Source of the DNA: Methanosphaera sp.
GTDB taxonomy: Archaea; Methanobacteriota; Methanobacteria; Methanobacteriales; Methanobacteriaceae
Direction of reading: 5' to 3'
DNA: 36,790 nucleotides
Assembly (NCBI GenBank): GCA_021199865.1
Contig: JAJQHG010000075.1
Coordinates: forward strand, 1 to 36,790
How positions within the stretch are numbered: the first letter of the stretch is position 1; the number at the start of each line of letters is the position of its first letter. Shown here piece after piece: positions 1 through 10,189 of this stretch. The notes beneath the pieces were generated by a model. That model did no database searches. It was not told the DNA's origin and worked only from the letters and a program-made list of their open reading frames with translations. Made by a program: the position numbers and the translations under genes.

Positions 1-1258
1 CTTCATTAAGGAGAATGCATTTTGGTTAGATGATTATGCTATGTATATGACCTTAAAATCTTTAAACGATGGCAAACCTTGGTGTGAATGGGATAAAAAA
101 TACGCTCTTAGAAATACTAATAGCATAAAGGCTATTAAGACTAAGTTCGCTGATGAGATTGAATTTTATAAGTTCGTTCAATATAAATTCTATGAACAAT
201 GGTTTGAATTAAAAAAATATGCCAATGATAAAGGCATTGAGATTATTGGAGATATTCCTATATATGTTGCCTATGATAGTGCCGATGTTTGGTCTAAACC
301 TGAACTATTCCGTCTAAACAAAGATGGCTCACCTATAGATGTTGCTGGTTGTCCTCCCGATGTTTTCTCACCAAAGGGACAGCTTTGGGGGAATCCTATA
401 TATAATTGGAGCGTTCATAAGAAGAATAACTATTCATGGTGGGTATCTAGGATACAACACGCTTCTAAGATATATGATATAGTTAGAATAGACCACTTTA
501 GAGGTTTTGAAAGTTACTATACTATACCTTTTGGTTCTAAAGATGCTGTAGTGGGTAAGTGGTGTAAAGGGCCAGATTATGAACTATTCCAAACTCTTGA
601 AAGTAAGCTTGGTAAGTTGAACATTATAGCCGAGGATTTAGGTTTTATTACTCCTGAAGTTCAACTATTGTTAGATAAGACTGGTTTCCCTGGTATGAAA
701 GTTATTCAATTCGCTTTTGATAATCCTCAGAATCAATATTTACCACATAACTATGTATCTAGTAATTGTATAGCCTATACTGGTACTCATGACAATGATA
801 CTCTTAAAGGTTGGGTGTACTCTCAAAATAAAAAGACTATCAAGTTTTGTAAGAAGTATCTAAAGGTTAAGAAGAAAAAGCATCTAGTAGATGCTTTGAT
901 TGAACTAACATGGTCTAGTGTCGCAAACATATGCGTTGCTCAGATTCAAGACTTTTTAGACGTTGGCAGTGAGGGTAGAATGAATACTCCATCAACTTTA
1001 GGTGATAATTGGCAGTTTAGAACTAAAAAATCAGATTTTACTAATGAACTATCTGAAAAGATATATGCTCTAAATGAAATGTATAATCGTCTTGAACTTC
1101 CAATCGAGCAAGTTGAACAAGACGCTACTACTAATGATGTGGTTTCAACACCTATAAATAACGCTTTAAAGGAACTTACAGATGAAATATCAGCCGTTGA
1201 AGTTCCTAAAGATATATTAAAAAACGAAGTTTTAAAGGAGGACATTCCCAATGAATAA
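1..1258 (+). CDS. malQ: 4-alpha-glucanotransferase (amylomaltase, GH77), 5'-truncated by the window edge
   Basis: Motifs IIGDIPIYVAYDSADVW, AGCPPDVFSPKGQLWGNP, VRIDHFRGF, IIAEDLG, YTGTHDNDT. The frame is open upstream of the ATG at 41 (FIKENAFWLDDYA from base 2). Confidence 0.95.
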   Translation, partial: FIKENAFWLDDYAMYMTLKSLNDGKPWCEWDKKYALRNTNSIKAIKTKFADEIEFYKFVQYKFYEQWFELKKYANDKGIEIIGDIPIYVAYDSADVWSKPELFRLNKDGSPIDVAGCPPDVFSPKGQLWGNPIYNWSVHKKNNYSWWVSRIQHASKIYDIVRIDHFRGFESYYTIPFGSKDAVVGKWCKGPDYELFQTLESKLGKLNIIAEDLGFITPEVQLLLDKTGFPGMKVIQFAFDNPQNQYLPHNYVSSNCIAYTGTHDNDTLKGWVYSQNKKTIKFCKKYLKVKKKKHLVDALIELTWSSVANICVAQIQDFLDVGSEGRMNTPSTLGDNWQFRTKKSDFTNELSEKIYALNEMYNRLELPIEQVEQDATTNDVVSTPINNALKELTDEISAVEVPKDILKNEVLKEDIPNE

Positions 1259-3599
1259 GGAAGTTTTTAAAGAACACTTTAAAGAGAATCTTGGTAAGGA
1301 AGTTTCTAATTCTACACCACAAGAGATTCATAATGCTTTAGGTTTAACCGTTATGGACTATATCAAAAAGGATTGGAACAATAGTATCGAAAAGCATCTA
1401 TCTACTAGGCGTGCTTGTTACCTATCTATGGAGTTCCTAGTAGGTAGGGCAGTATATAACAATCTGTTATGTTTAGGCATCTACGATGAGGTTGAAGAGA
1501 TATTCAACTCTATGGGAACATCATTAGCAGTGCTAGAGGAAATAGAAGACTCTGCACTAGGTAATGGTGGTCTAGGACGTCTTGCCGCTTGTTTTTTAGA
1601 TAGTGCATCTACTCTATCTTTGCCACTAGATGGCTATGGTATTAGGTATAAGTACGGTCTATTTAAGCAATCTATAGTAGATGGTTTTCAATGTGAAGAG
1701 GCTGATAATTGGACAAGGTATGGTGACCCTTGGAGCATTAGAAAAGACGTTGATAGCGTAGAAATTCACTATGCCGACCAAACTGTAATAGCTGTACCTT
1801 ATGATATGCCTATCGTATCATATAAGGGTGCTAACGTTGGAACTCTTAGACTATGGCAAGCTGAACCTGTAAATGAGTTCGATTTTAATACCTTTAACAA
1901 TCAAAACTACCTAGAGGCATCTAAGGAAAAAACCTTTGCAGAAGATATCTCAAGGGTACTATATCCAAACGATGACACTAGAGAAGGTAAGAAGTTAAGG
2001 CTAAAACAACAGTATTTCTTTAGTAGTGCATCATTAACCGATATCTTAAAGAAACATAAGGCTAGATTCGGTACTGTTGAAAATCTTGCAGATTATGTTA
2101 CTATTCAATTGAACGATACTCACCCAGTAATCTCTGTGCCAGAGTTGATTAGACAACTTATGGACTATGAGGATATGTCTTTTGAACAATCTTTTGAGAT
2201 TGCTAGAAAGGTATTTAACTATACTAACCATACCATTATGCCCGAAGCACTTGAAAAATGGGAATGTTCTTTAGTTGAGGAACTCCTACCTAGAGTCTTT
2301 GAAGTTATTATACAACTTAATGAAAAGTTTATATCTGATATGTACGTTAAGAATGTCGACAAGTCTACTATCGATAGAATTAAGTTGATTCAAGGAAACT
2401 TAGTTCATATGGCTAACATTGCTACGTACTGTTCTAGTTACGTGAACGGTGTAGCAGAGATTCATACACAAATCTTAAAAGATGTTACCCTTGCAGATTG
2501 GTACAGAATCTATCCTGAACGTTTCCAAAATAAGACTAATGGAATTACTCAAAGAAGATGGTTAGCACTCTGCAATAGAGAACTATCTGCATTATTGACT
2601 GAGAAACTTGGCTCTGATAGTTGGGTATCTAACCTTGATGAACTAAAGAAACTAATTCCACTTAAAGATGATGAGGAAACTATAAGCAGATATATAGATA
2701 TTAAAGATACTAAGAAGAAACAACTTGCAGACTATATCTGCCAAAAAGAGAATATTAAAATCAATCCAAGTACTATATTCGATATTCAAATTAAGAGGTT
2801 ACATGAGTATAAAAGACAACTTCTTAATGCATTCTCTATACTATATATATACTTTGGTATTAAAGATGGCTCTATTAAAGATTTTACTCCTACAACGTTT
2901 ATCTTTGGAGCAAAGTCTGCCCCTGGGTATAGACGTGCTAAAGGTATAATAAAGTATATTAATGAGATAGGCAAGCTAATTGAAAATGATAAGGAAGTTT
3001 GCGACTTAATTAAAGTAGTGTTTGTATCTAACTATAACGTATCCTATGCCGAGAAGTTAGTTGCAGGTGCAGATGTATCTGAGCAGATATCTACAGCGGG
3101 TACAGAGGCATCTGGTACTGGTAATATGAAGTTGATGTTAAACGGTGCAGTAACTCTAGGAACTTATGACGGTGCTAATATTGAGATAGTTCAAGAGGCT
3201 GGAGAAGAAAACAACTATATCTTTGGTGCTAGGGTAGAAGAATTAAATAAGATTATGCCTAACTACGACAGCAGAAAAATCTATGCGGAAAATAAGAAGA
3301 TTCAAAGGGTAGTATCTACCTTAATAGATGGCACTGTTTCTGATGGTGGTACTGGCATATTTAGAGAACTTTACTTCTCATTACTAGACGGTGCTAGTTG
3401 GCACTCACCTGATAACTACTATGTGCTCGGTGACTTAGAAAGTTACGTTCAAGCTAAGCTAAGAGTTAATCAAGATTATAAAAACAGAAGAGAATTCGCT
3501 AAAAAGTGCTTTATGAATACTTGTAATGCTGGAAAGTTTTCTTCCGATAGAACTATTAAAGACTATGCCGAGAACATTTGGCATATCAAAGAAGTATAA
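1251..3599 (+). CDS. glgP: glycogen/maltodextrin phosphorylase
   Basis: LGNGGLGRLAACF, QLNDTHP, QIKRLHEYKRQ and the PLP-lysine motif EASGTGNMKLMLNG. Overlaps malQ by 8 nt with an AAGGAGG RBS. Confidence 0.95.
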   Translation: MNKEVFKEHFKENLGKEVSNSTPQEIHNALGLTVMDYIKKDWNNSIEKHLSTRRACYLSMEFLVGRAVYNNLLCLGIYDEVEEIFNSMGTSLAVLEEIEDSALGNGGLGRLAACFLDSASTLSLPLDGYGIRYKYGLFKQSIVDGFQCEEADNWTRYGDPWSIRKDVDSVEIHYADQTVIAVPYDMPIVSYKGANVGTLRLWQAEPVNEFDFNTFNNQNYLEASKEKTFAEDISRVLYPNDDTREGKKLRLKQQYFFSSASLTDILKKHKARFGTVENLADYVTIQLNDTHPVISVPELIRQLMDYEDMSFEQSFEIARKVFNYTNHTIMPEALEKWECSLVEELLPRVFEVIIQLNEKFISDMYVKNVDKSTIDRIKLIQGNLVHMANIATYCSSYVNGVAEIHTQILKDVTLADWYRIYPERFQNKTNGITQRRWLALCNRELSALLTEKLGSDSWVSNLDELKKLIPLKDDEETISRYIDIKDTKKKQLADYICQKENIKINPSTIFDIQIKRLHEYKRQLLNAFSILYIYFGIKDGSIKDFTPTTFIFGAKSAPGYRRAKGIIKYINEIGKLIENDKEVCDLIKVVFVSNYNVSYAEKLVAGADVSEQISTAGTEASGTGNMKLMLNGAVTLGTYDGANIEIVQEAGEENNYIFGARVEELNKIMPNYDSRKIYAENKKIQRVVSTLIDGTVSDGGTGIFRELYFSLLDGASWHSPDNYYVLGDLESYVQAKLRVNQDYKNRREFAKKCFMNTCNAGKFSSDRTIKDYAENIWHIKEV

Positions 3600-3614
3600 G
3601 AGATATAATTAAAA

Positions 3615-3642
3615 ATGCAGATATCTATTAAGATATCTGCAT
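3615..3642. terminator. hairpin between convergent genes, probably a bidirectional intrinsic terminator
   Basis: Perfect 12-bp stem ATGCAGATATCT-atta-AGATATCTGCAT. The A-run on its left gives a U-tail on the minus strand. Confidence 0.75.
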
Positions 3643-3672
3643 CTATGTATTAAAACTAAATTAATATACTAC

Positions 3673-4056
3673 CTACCATAGTATAAAATCGTCATCGGTA
3701 TCACGAGTATCTCTATCCCAATCTCCATAGTAGAACTCATCATCTTCGGCATCAGAGTCATAGAATAGTTCTCCATCATCGTTTTTAAAGTAAGATTTAC
3801 TCTTAATAGACGATTTTTTCTTATTATCTGTACTAGAATCATCATCTTCTGAATCAAGTTGAGCGGTTGCATCTTGAGATGATACTAAAGCGTTAGCATT
3901 AAGAACGTTAATTAATTGAGCAGTTGAATTAATATCACAACTAATAACACCAGCGAATAGTATAGCACCAGTTCCAACTATTAATGGTAGTGAGGATTTT
4001 TTGGTCATATCGTTAGTGTTGATACTCTCTGTCTTGTTGTTTTTTGAACTGTTCAT
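3673..4056 (-). CDS. hypothetical protein with one hydrophobic segment and an acidic C-terminus
   Basis: 127-aa ORF with an AGGAGG RBS, a promoter-like element upstream and a terminator downstream. Hydrophobic stretch LPLIVGTGAILFAGVISC and a D/E-rich tail. Confidence 0.7.
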   Translation of the reverse strand: MNSSKNNKTESINTNDMTKKSSLPLIVGTGAILFAGVISCDINSTAQLINVLNANALVSSQDATAQLDSEDDDSSTDNKKKSSIKSKSYFKNDDGELFYDSDAEDDEFYYGDWDRDTRDTDDDFILW

Positions 4057-4114
4057 AATTAAGAACCTCCTAAGTTCATTACTTTTATCTATGTATTACC
4101 TTTCTTCAATTAAT

Positions 4115-4143
4115 ATACTATCATACTAAAATGGAAATGTCAA
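4115..4143 (-). promoter_or_regulatory. sigma-70/SigA-type promoter for the 127-aa orphan
   Basis: Minus strand TTGACA (4143-4138), 17 nt, TAGTAT (4120-4115), with an extended -10 TG. Confidence 0.55.
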
Positions 4144-4150
4144 GTAACTT

Positions 4151-4552
4151 TCATGTTAAATTCGTGAAAATATGGGGAAATAGTTCTTTAAGTGAGTGAA
4201 TTTTAGTAATATTGCCATCGTATAGCACTATTTTGAAGTTAGAGTCACAAAATTCAGTCATAACTTGAATACAAGCTCCACATGGATAACAATACTCTGT
4301 TACTTTTTGGATATCGAAACCACCCACTACACATATGGCAGAAAGATTCTTATAGCCCTCAGATATTGCTTTAAAGATTGCAGTGCGTTCTGCACACATA
4401 GTTAATGAGTATGATGCATTTTCTATATTGCAACCGTTAAATATCTTTCCATCGGTTGTGAGTAGACTTGCTCCTACGTAGAATTTTGAATATGGTACAT
4501 ATGCTAATTTTCTAATTGCTAATGCATTATCTATTAACTTTTGATATTCCAT
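4151..4552 (-). CDS. cdd: cytidine deaminase (tetrameric Bacillus type)
   Basis: AYVPYSKFYVGA, GCNIENASY, CAE and PCGAC zinc motifs. The likely start is the ATG at 4552 (MEYQKL) after GGAGG, not the ORF-track start at 4645. Confidence 0.92.
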   Translation of the reverse strand: MEYQKLIDNALAIRKLAYVPYSKFYVGASLLTTDGKIFNGCNIENASYSLTMCAERTAIFKAISEGYKNLSAICVVGGFDIQKVTEYCYPCGACIQVMTEFCDSNFKIVLYDGNITKIHSLKELFPHIFTNLT

Positions 4553-4753
4553 ATAGTTACCTCCAGTATACTGTATAATATTATAATACACTATTAACAT
4601 TAAAATTATCTTAAAAAATCTTAGGTTTAAAAAAAATATTTTCACTAACTCAATTGATAGTTATAATGAAAGGAAAGTCGGATTCTAATTCACACTTAAA
4701 TTGCAGTCAGCATGAGTATTAAAAGTTATTTAGAAAATTACTTATTAAGAAAT

Positions 4754-4783
4754 ATCGGGAATAGTAGAAGAACTATTCCCGAT
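4754..4783 (-). terminator. trp operon terminator hairpin
   Basis: 12-bp perfect stem ATCGGGAATAGT-agaaga-ACTATTCCCGAT, 25 nt past the trpA stop. Confidence 0.75.
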
Positions 4784-4808
4784 GGTATATTAACAGATTC
4801 TATAGAAA

Positions 4809-5585
4809 CTAATCAGTAATAGCCATTTTAACAGCCTTTACGAAATCGCTAACGTAAGGAATACTATCCTTGCCGTGTTGAGCAACTATGTTTACTATTG
4901 CACTACCTATGATAACACCATCAGCATATTGAGCCATTTCTTTAGCCTGTTCTGGTGTAGATACTCCAAAGCCTATAGCACATGGAATATCTTTAGTCTG
5001 CTTAACTAGATTAACCATCTCACCAACGTTAGTAGTAATTTTATTTCTCATACCAGTAACTCCCATAGATGATACACAGTAGATAAATCCAGTAGCTTCA
5101 GAAACTATCATCTTAATTCTATCGTGTGAAGTTGGAGCTATTAGGGATATCATACTTATACCATAACTTTCAAAGATGTCACTCATCTCGTGTTTTTCCT
5201 CGAAAGGAACTTCAGGAATTATTACTGCACATACATCACAAGCGACGCATTCTTTAGCAAAGTTTTCAATTCCAAAGTTAAACACAGGATTAGCATAGGT
5301 CATAAACGCTAATGGAATAGTCAAGCCATTAGTACGAGCGTGTTTAACCATCTCGATAATCTTGCTTGGAGTAGTACCTAACTTTAAGGCTCTTTCACTA
5401 GCATCTTGAATTACTGGGCCTTCGGCAGTAGGGTCAGAGAAAGGTATACCTATCTCTATTAAATCCGCACCATTTTCTTGTATAGCAAATAGTAAACTTT
5501 CAGTCAAATCAAGACCAAAATCACCTGCGGTTACGAACGGAATAAATGCCTTTCCATGATTAAAAACATCTTGAACGTTACTCAT
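4809..5585 (-). CDS. trpA: tryptophan synthase alpha chain
   Basis: [46 protein letters not shown]. Overlaps trpB. Confidence 0.95.
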   Translation of the reverse strand: MSNVQDVFNHGKAFIPFVTAGDFGLDLTESLLFAIQENGADLIEIGIPFSDPTAEGPVIQDASERALKLGTTPSKIIEMVKHARTNGLTIPLAFMTYANPVFNFGIENFAKECVACDVCAVIIPEVPFEEKHEMSDIFESYGISMISLIAPTSHDRIKMIVSEATGFIYCVSSMGVTGMRNKITTNVGEMVNLVKQTKDIPCAIGFGVSTPEQAKEMAQYADGVIIGSAIVNIVAQHGKDSIPYVSDFVKAVKMAITD

Positions 5586-6768
5586 ATAAATCTTCCCCCT
5601 TGTATCTAGCTATAGCCGCAACGTCCTTGTCGCCACGTCCCGATAGGTTTACTACTATAATCTTATCCTTATCTAAAGTTGGAGCAAGTTTCATAGCGTA
5701 AGCTACAGCGTGTGAGGACTCTATGGCTGGAATAATTCCTTCCATTCTTGATAGGTATTCAAAAGCATTAACAGCCTCATCATCTGTGATAGCTACATAC
5801 TCAGCTCTACCAATATCCTTTAGGTATGAATGTTCTGGCCCTACCCCTGGGTAGTCTAAACCAGCAGATATTGAATATACTGGTGCTATTTGACCATTCT
5901 CATCTTGACAGAAATAAGACTTCATACCATGAAAGATACCTACTCTACCAGTAGACATGGTAGCAGCAGTTAAATCGGTATCTATACCTTTACCAGCAGC
6001 TTCACAGCCTATTAAACGTACAGATGTATCTTCAATAAAGTTATAGAAAGCTCCCATAGCGTTAGAACCGCCACCCACACAAGCCATGACTACATCTGGA
6101 AGTCTGCCTTCTTTTTCCATCATTTGTTGTTTAATTTCTTTACTAATAACACTTTGAAAATCTCTAACTATGGTTGGAAATGGATATGGCCCCATAGTAG
6201 AACCTATTAAGTAGTGAGTATCTTCTACACGACTAGCCCAATCACGCATTGCAGAGTTTACAGCATCTTTAAGAGTTCTAGTGCCATCTTTAATAGAGTT
6301 TACTTTTGCACCTAAAAGTTTCATTCTGTAAACGTTCAATGCTTGACGTTTAGTATCTTCTTCGCCCATAAATATTTCACATTCCATGCCAAACAATGCA
6401 GCTATGGTAGCAGTAGCAACTCCATGTTGACCCGCACCAGTTTCAGCGATTAGTCTAGTTTTGCCCATCTTTTTAGCCAATAGTGCTTGACCTAGAACGT
6501 TATTCAACTTATGTGAACCTGTATGGTTTAAATCTTCACGTTTTAGATATATCTTAGCACCACCAAGATTTTTAGTCATATTTTCGGCATAGTATAGCAA
6601 AGATGGTCTATTAGCATAGTTATTTAATAAATCAGTCAGTTCTGCATTAAATTGAGGGTCATCTTTGTACTTATTGTAAGCACTTTCAAGTTCTATTATG
6701 GCGTTCATTAGAGTTTCTGGAACGTACTGTCCGCCATGTATACCAAATCTACTTTTTGGATTTGACAT
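5578..6768 (-). CDS. trpB: tryptophan synthase beta chain
   Basis: [13 protein letters not shown] (PLP lysine), [31 protein letters not shown]. Confidence 0.97.
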   Translation of the reverse strand: MSNPKSRFGIHGGQYVPETLMNAIIELESAYNKYKDDPQFNAELTDLLNNYANRPSLLYYAENMTKNLGGAKIYLKREDLNHTGSHKLNNVLGQALLAKKMGKTRLIAETGAGQHGVATATIAALFGMECEIFMGEEDTKRQALNVYRMKLLGAKVNSIKDGTRTLKDAVNSAMRDWASRVEDTHYLIGSTMGPYPFPTIVRDFQSVISKEIKQQMMEKEGRLPDVVMACVGGGSNAMGAFYNFIEDTSVRLIGCEAAGKGIDTDLTAATMSTGRVGIFHGMKSYFCQDENGQIAPVYSISAGLDYPGVGPEHSYLKDIGRAEYVAITDDEAVNAFEYLSRMEGIIPAIESSHAVAYAMKLAPTLDKDKIIVVNLSGRGDKDVAAIARYKGEDLYE

Positions 6769-6840
6769 CAAAAAAACTTCCTTTCATAATATAAATTTAT
6801 CTTTCAATGGAAAAAGTTGTAGATTAATATTCTAGTATCT

Positions 6841-7455
6841 TTAACTTCTAACTTGCGATATAAACTCTTTAATCTTATCATAAGATTTATAGTCACCATC
6901 TTCAACACTAGAACTTACATCTACAGCGAATGGATTACAAATATCAATAGCCTTAGATACGTTTTCAGCAGATAATCCACCAGCTAAAAAGAATGGTTTA
7001 CTAATATTTGGAATTATAGACCAATCAAAGGTTAAACCGCTACCACCTACCATATTAGATACATAAGTATCCAATAGCAAGTAGTCACAAGGTAGAGTAT
7101 CTGCCTTTAAGATTTCCTCAGCAGATTGAACTCTAACGGCTTTAGTAATAGGTTTATCGACCTTAGATTTTAAATCCAAAATATAGTTAAAATCTTCATT
7201 GCCATGTAGTTGGACTACATCTATAACGTTCTCATGGCAAAGGTTAGATATATATTCAATGTCAGCATTTACAAAAACTCCCACTGCTTTGATATTACTA
7301 TCTAAATTAGATTTTAGCCTTTTAGCCTTATCGAAAGTAATATTCCTCTTGCTTTTTGGAAATCCTAGGATAAAACCAATATAGTCTGGTTTTAGTTCAT
7401 TGCAATATTGAATATCTTCAACCCTAGATAGTCCACAGATTTTAATCTTTGCCAT
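6841..7455 (-). CDS. trpF: phosphoribosylanthranilate isomerase
   Basis: KIKICGL, VGVFVN, VQLHGNE, GGSGLTFDW, FLAGGL, VDVSSSVE. Confidence 0.95.
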   Translation of the reverse strand: MAKIKICGLSRVEDIQYCNELKPDYIGFILGFPKSKRNITFDKAKRLKSNLDSNIKAVGVFVNADIEYISNLCHENVIDVVQLHGNEDFNYILDLKSKVDKPITKAVRVQSAEEILKADTLPCDYLLLDTYVSNMVGGSGLTFDWSIIPNISKPFFLAGGLSAENVSKAIDICNPFAVDVSSSVEDGDYKSYDKIKEFISQVRS

Positions 7456-7456
7456 A

Positions 7457-8245
7457 TTAGGATATTCCTTTCAACTGATTTAAACATTCTTTCTTATTCT
7501 TAGAACGCATCAAAGTTTCACCAATGAGTACAGCATTTACTCTATTATCTCTCAGTTTAGATATATCTACAGCAGTCTTAATACCACTTTCTGCTACAAA
7601 GATGATATCGTTTGGAACTTGCTTTCTTAAAGCTATGGAATTATTTATATCCACTTCAAAAGTTTTTAAGTTTCTGTTATTTACTCCGATAACTCTAGCA
7701 CCACCATTTAAAGCAGATTTAACTTCTTCACTGTCATGAGCCTCTACTAGAGCAGTTAGACCTAAACTATCGCATATGGATATATACTTTTTAATAGTAG
7801 ATGTATCTAGCAACGAACAGATTAATAATACAGCTTTTGCACCGACCGTATGAGCCTCATAAATCATGTATTCGTCTATAGTGAAATCTTTTCGTATAGT
7901 TGGAATGTTTACAACCTCGTTAATCTCTTTTAGATACTTAATATCACCTTTAAAATACTCAGGTTCAGTGAGTACAGATATACAATCTGCACCCACCTCT
8001 TGATATTCCTTAGCTATCTCAATATATGGAAAGTCTTTAGCTATCTCGCCTTTAGAGGGTGATGCCTTTTTAACTTCACATATAAAGGCAACATCATTCA
8101 ATTTGTTGAGTGCTTTTTCAAACTCAAAACTAGATTTTGGTAGCGATAGTGCTTTTGATTTCATCTCATCTATAGAGATATTTTTTTTACACTCTGCGAC
8201 ACGTTTTCTTGTGCAATCCGCAAGAGTATCTAAAATATTAGCCAT
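7457..8245 (-). CDS. trpC: indole-3-glycerol phosphate synthase
   Basis: ICEVKKASPSKG, SVLTEPEYFKG, RKDF, IGVNNRNLKTF, AESGI. Confidence 0.96.
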   Translation of the reverse strand: MANILDTLADCTRKRVAECKKNISIDEMKSKALSLPKSSFEFEKALNKLNDVAFICEVKKASPSKGEIAKDFPYIEIAKEYQEVGADCISVLTEPEYFKGDIKYLKEINEVVNIPTIRKDFTIDEYMIYEAHTVGAKAVLLICSLLDTSTIKKYISICDSLGLTALVEAHDSEEVKSALNGGARVIGVNNRNLKTFEVDINNSIALRKQVPNDIIFVAESGIKTAVDISKLRDNRVNAVLIGETLMRSKNKKECLNQLKGIS

Positions 8246-8544
8246 TATTCTTCTTCCTCGGCAGTTTCTTCTTCAAGAAAGTCTATATCTTCTGTAGTTT
8301 CCATAGGATTTTCTTTCTTAGTATTTTTTATATTGTCTAGTTCATCAGTTAAGTTTTCTAGTTCGTCAGTTAAATCTTCAAGTTCTTCGGTAATGTTGTT
8401 TAAATCATCTTTGATAGTATTTAGCTTATTTTGAATCTTTCTTTTAACACTAGTGTTATTACTCTTAATGTAATATATAGTCGCACATAGATTAAATACA
8501 GTTAATACAAAAGTAACTATCTTAATTAAAGTTTTCTTATCCAT
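8245..8544 (-). CDS. hypothetical membrane-anchored coiled-coil protein inside the trp operon
   Basis: 99 aa with an AGGAGG RBS, an N-terminal hydrophobic helix, heptad repeats and an acidic tail. Its stop overlaps the trpC start (TAATG). Confidence 0.75.
   Translation of the reverse strand: MDKKTLIKIVTFVLTVFNLCATIYYIKSNNTSVKRKIQNKLNTIKDDLNNITEELEDLTDELENLTDELDNIKNTKKENPMETTEDIDFLEEETAEEEE
8340..8402 (-). repeat. degenerate 21-nt tandem repeat (3 units) encoding heptads
   Basis: gttcatcagttaagttttcta / gttcgtcagttaaatcttcaa / gttcttcggtaatgttgttta, encoding LNNITEE-LEDLTDE-LENLTDE. Confidence 0.6.
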
Positions 8545-8575
8545 AAAAAATTCCTCCTAGATTATTCTAACATCA

Positions 8576-9586
8576 TTAACTATTTGATAATTCTATAAAC
8601 CTTTCAAGTTGTTTCATAGCGTTACCGTTATCTAGCTGAGTTTTAGCAAGTTCTACGCATTCTGCAATAGTTCCCTTACCTGCAATATATAGGCATACGG
8701 CAGAGTTTAATATAACGATATCACGTTTAGCACCTGTTTCTTTACCGTTTAAAATATCGAGTGCAATCTGCTTATTGATTTCAGGTGAACCTCCAATTAA
8801 ATCTTCGGGTTTACAGAGTTTAAAACCATAGTTTTCTGGATTTATTTCTAACTCTGTAAAAATGCCATTATCGATAAAACAAGCAGATGTTGTAGTGGTC
8901 ATAGTAACTTCATCTAAACCATCATTTCCATGTACCACCATACCTCTAGTAACTCCCAATTTGGATAGTACTTCTGCCATAGGTCTAACCAAATCCTTGC
9001 TATACACTCCCATAAGTTGCATATTCGCACTTGCTGGATTAGACAATGGCCCTAATATGTTAAATACGGTTCTAATTCCTAAACCCTTTCTAACGGGTGC
9101 TACATATTTCATAGAACTATGATATTTTTGAGCAAACATAAAGCACATACCAATCTCTTTTAGTATCTTTTCATTCTGTTCAACAGGGATATCTAATTTT
9201 ACACCTAGACTTTCCAAACAGTCGGCAGCACCGCATTTACTAGATACACTTCTATTTCCGTGTTTTGCTACTGGAACTCCACAAGCAGAAATAACAAATC
9301 CCGAAACGGTTGAAATATTAAAAGTAAAAGCCTCATCGCCACCAGTACCAACGATTTCCAATACGTCCATACCATCATGTTTAAGATGTACTCCAGCCTT
9401 TCTCATACCGTTTGCACAGGCAGTGATTTCTTCAACGGTTTCACCTTTCATTCTCAAAGCTGTTAGATAACTAGCCATTTCCATTTCTGAAGCTTTACCG
9501 CTCATAATCTCATTCATGACCTCTTCTGTCATCTCATAAGATAAGTCTTTGTTATCAACCAATAGTTTGATAGCATCTTTAATCAT
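8576..9586 (-). CDS. trpD: anthranilate phosphoribosyltransferase
   Basis: VGTGGDEAFTFNIST, AKHGNRSVSSKCGAAD, RTVFNILGPL, GLDE. Confidence 0.96.
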   Translation of the reverse strand: MIKDAIKLLVDNKDLSYEMTEEVMNEIMSGKASEMEMASYLTALRMKGETVEEITACANGMRKAGVHLKHDGMDVLEIVGTGGDEAFTFNISTVSGFVISACGVPVAKHGNRSVSSKCGAADCLESLGVKLDIPVEQNEKILKEIGMCFMFAQKYHSSMKYVAPVRKGLGIRTVFNILGPLSNPASANMQLMGVYSKDLVRPMAEVLSKLGVTRGMVVHGNDGLDEVTMTTTTSACFIDNGIFTELEINPENYGFKLCKPEDLIGGSPEINKQIALDILNGKETGAKRDIVILNSAVCLYIAGKGTIAECVELAKTQLDNGNAMKQLERFIELSNS

Positions 9587-9613
9587 AGTAAATCAAATCC
9601 TTTCTTTATAGTG

Positions 9614-10189
9614 TTAGAAATTTTTAATATTTAAGAAGTTTCTAATTATAGTATCCCCACACGAGGTTAAGACACTTTCGGGGTGAAATTGTAAACCATA
9701 GACTTCATAATTTTTTACCTTTACGCCCATAATTTCCCCTTGTAAATCTTCAGAGATTACTTCTAAAGTATCGGGCAAAGATTTTTTTTCGGCTATCAAT
9801 GAGTGATATCTAGCTACTTCTACAATTTCGGGAAGTCCATCAAATAGTGGGCAAGATAAGTCTAACTTGACGGGAGTTTTTTTGCCATGTATCAGCTTAA
9901 TGGCATGGCAGATATTAGCTCCATTTACTTCGCATATTCCTTGATGCCCTAAACATATTCCTAATATTGGAAAAATTCCACTTAACTTTCTAACGACTTC
10001 TTCACTGATACCCGCATCTTTTGGATACCCAGGGCCAGGGGATATTATTATATGGCTAGGATTTAACTTTCTAATCTCATCAATGGTGATACTATCATTT
10101 CTAACCACCTTGATATCTGGATTAATTTCACCTACCAATTGATATAGATTATAGGTAAAACTATCATAGTTATCAATCATTAAAATCAT
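9614..10189 (-). CDS. trpG: anthranilate synthase component II (glutamine amidotransferase)
   Basis: IDNYDSFTYNL, ISPGPG, LGICLGHQ, RYHSL, QFHPES. Confidence 0.95.
   Translation of the reverse strand: MILMIDNYDSFTYNLYQLVGEINPDIKVVRNDSITIDEIRKLNPSHIIISPGPGYPKDAGISEEVVRKLSGIFPILGICLGHQGICEVNGANICHAIKLIHGKKTPVKLDLSCPLFDGLPEIVEVARYHSLIAEKKSLPDTLEVISEDLQGEIMGVKVKNYEVYGLQFHPESVLTSCGDTIIRNFLNIKNF

Noticed and set aside
4553-4645. N-terminal hydrophobic extension of cdd in the ORF track
   Set aside because: A GGAGG RBS precedes the ATG at 4552, and homology begins there. The extension is AT-rich upstream DNA.
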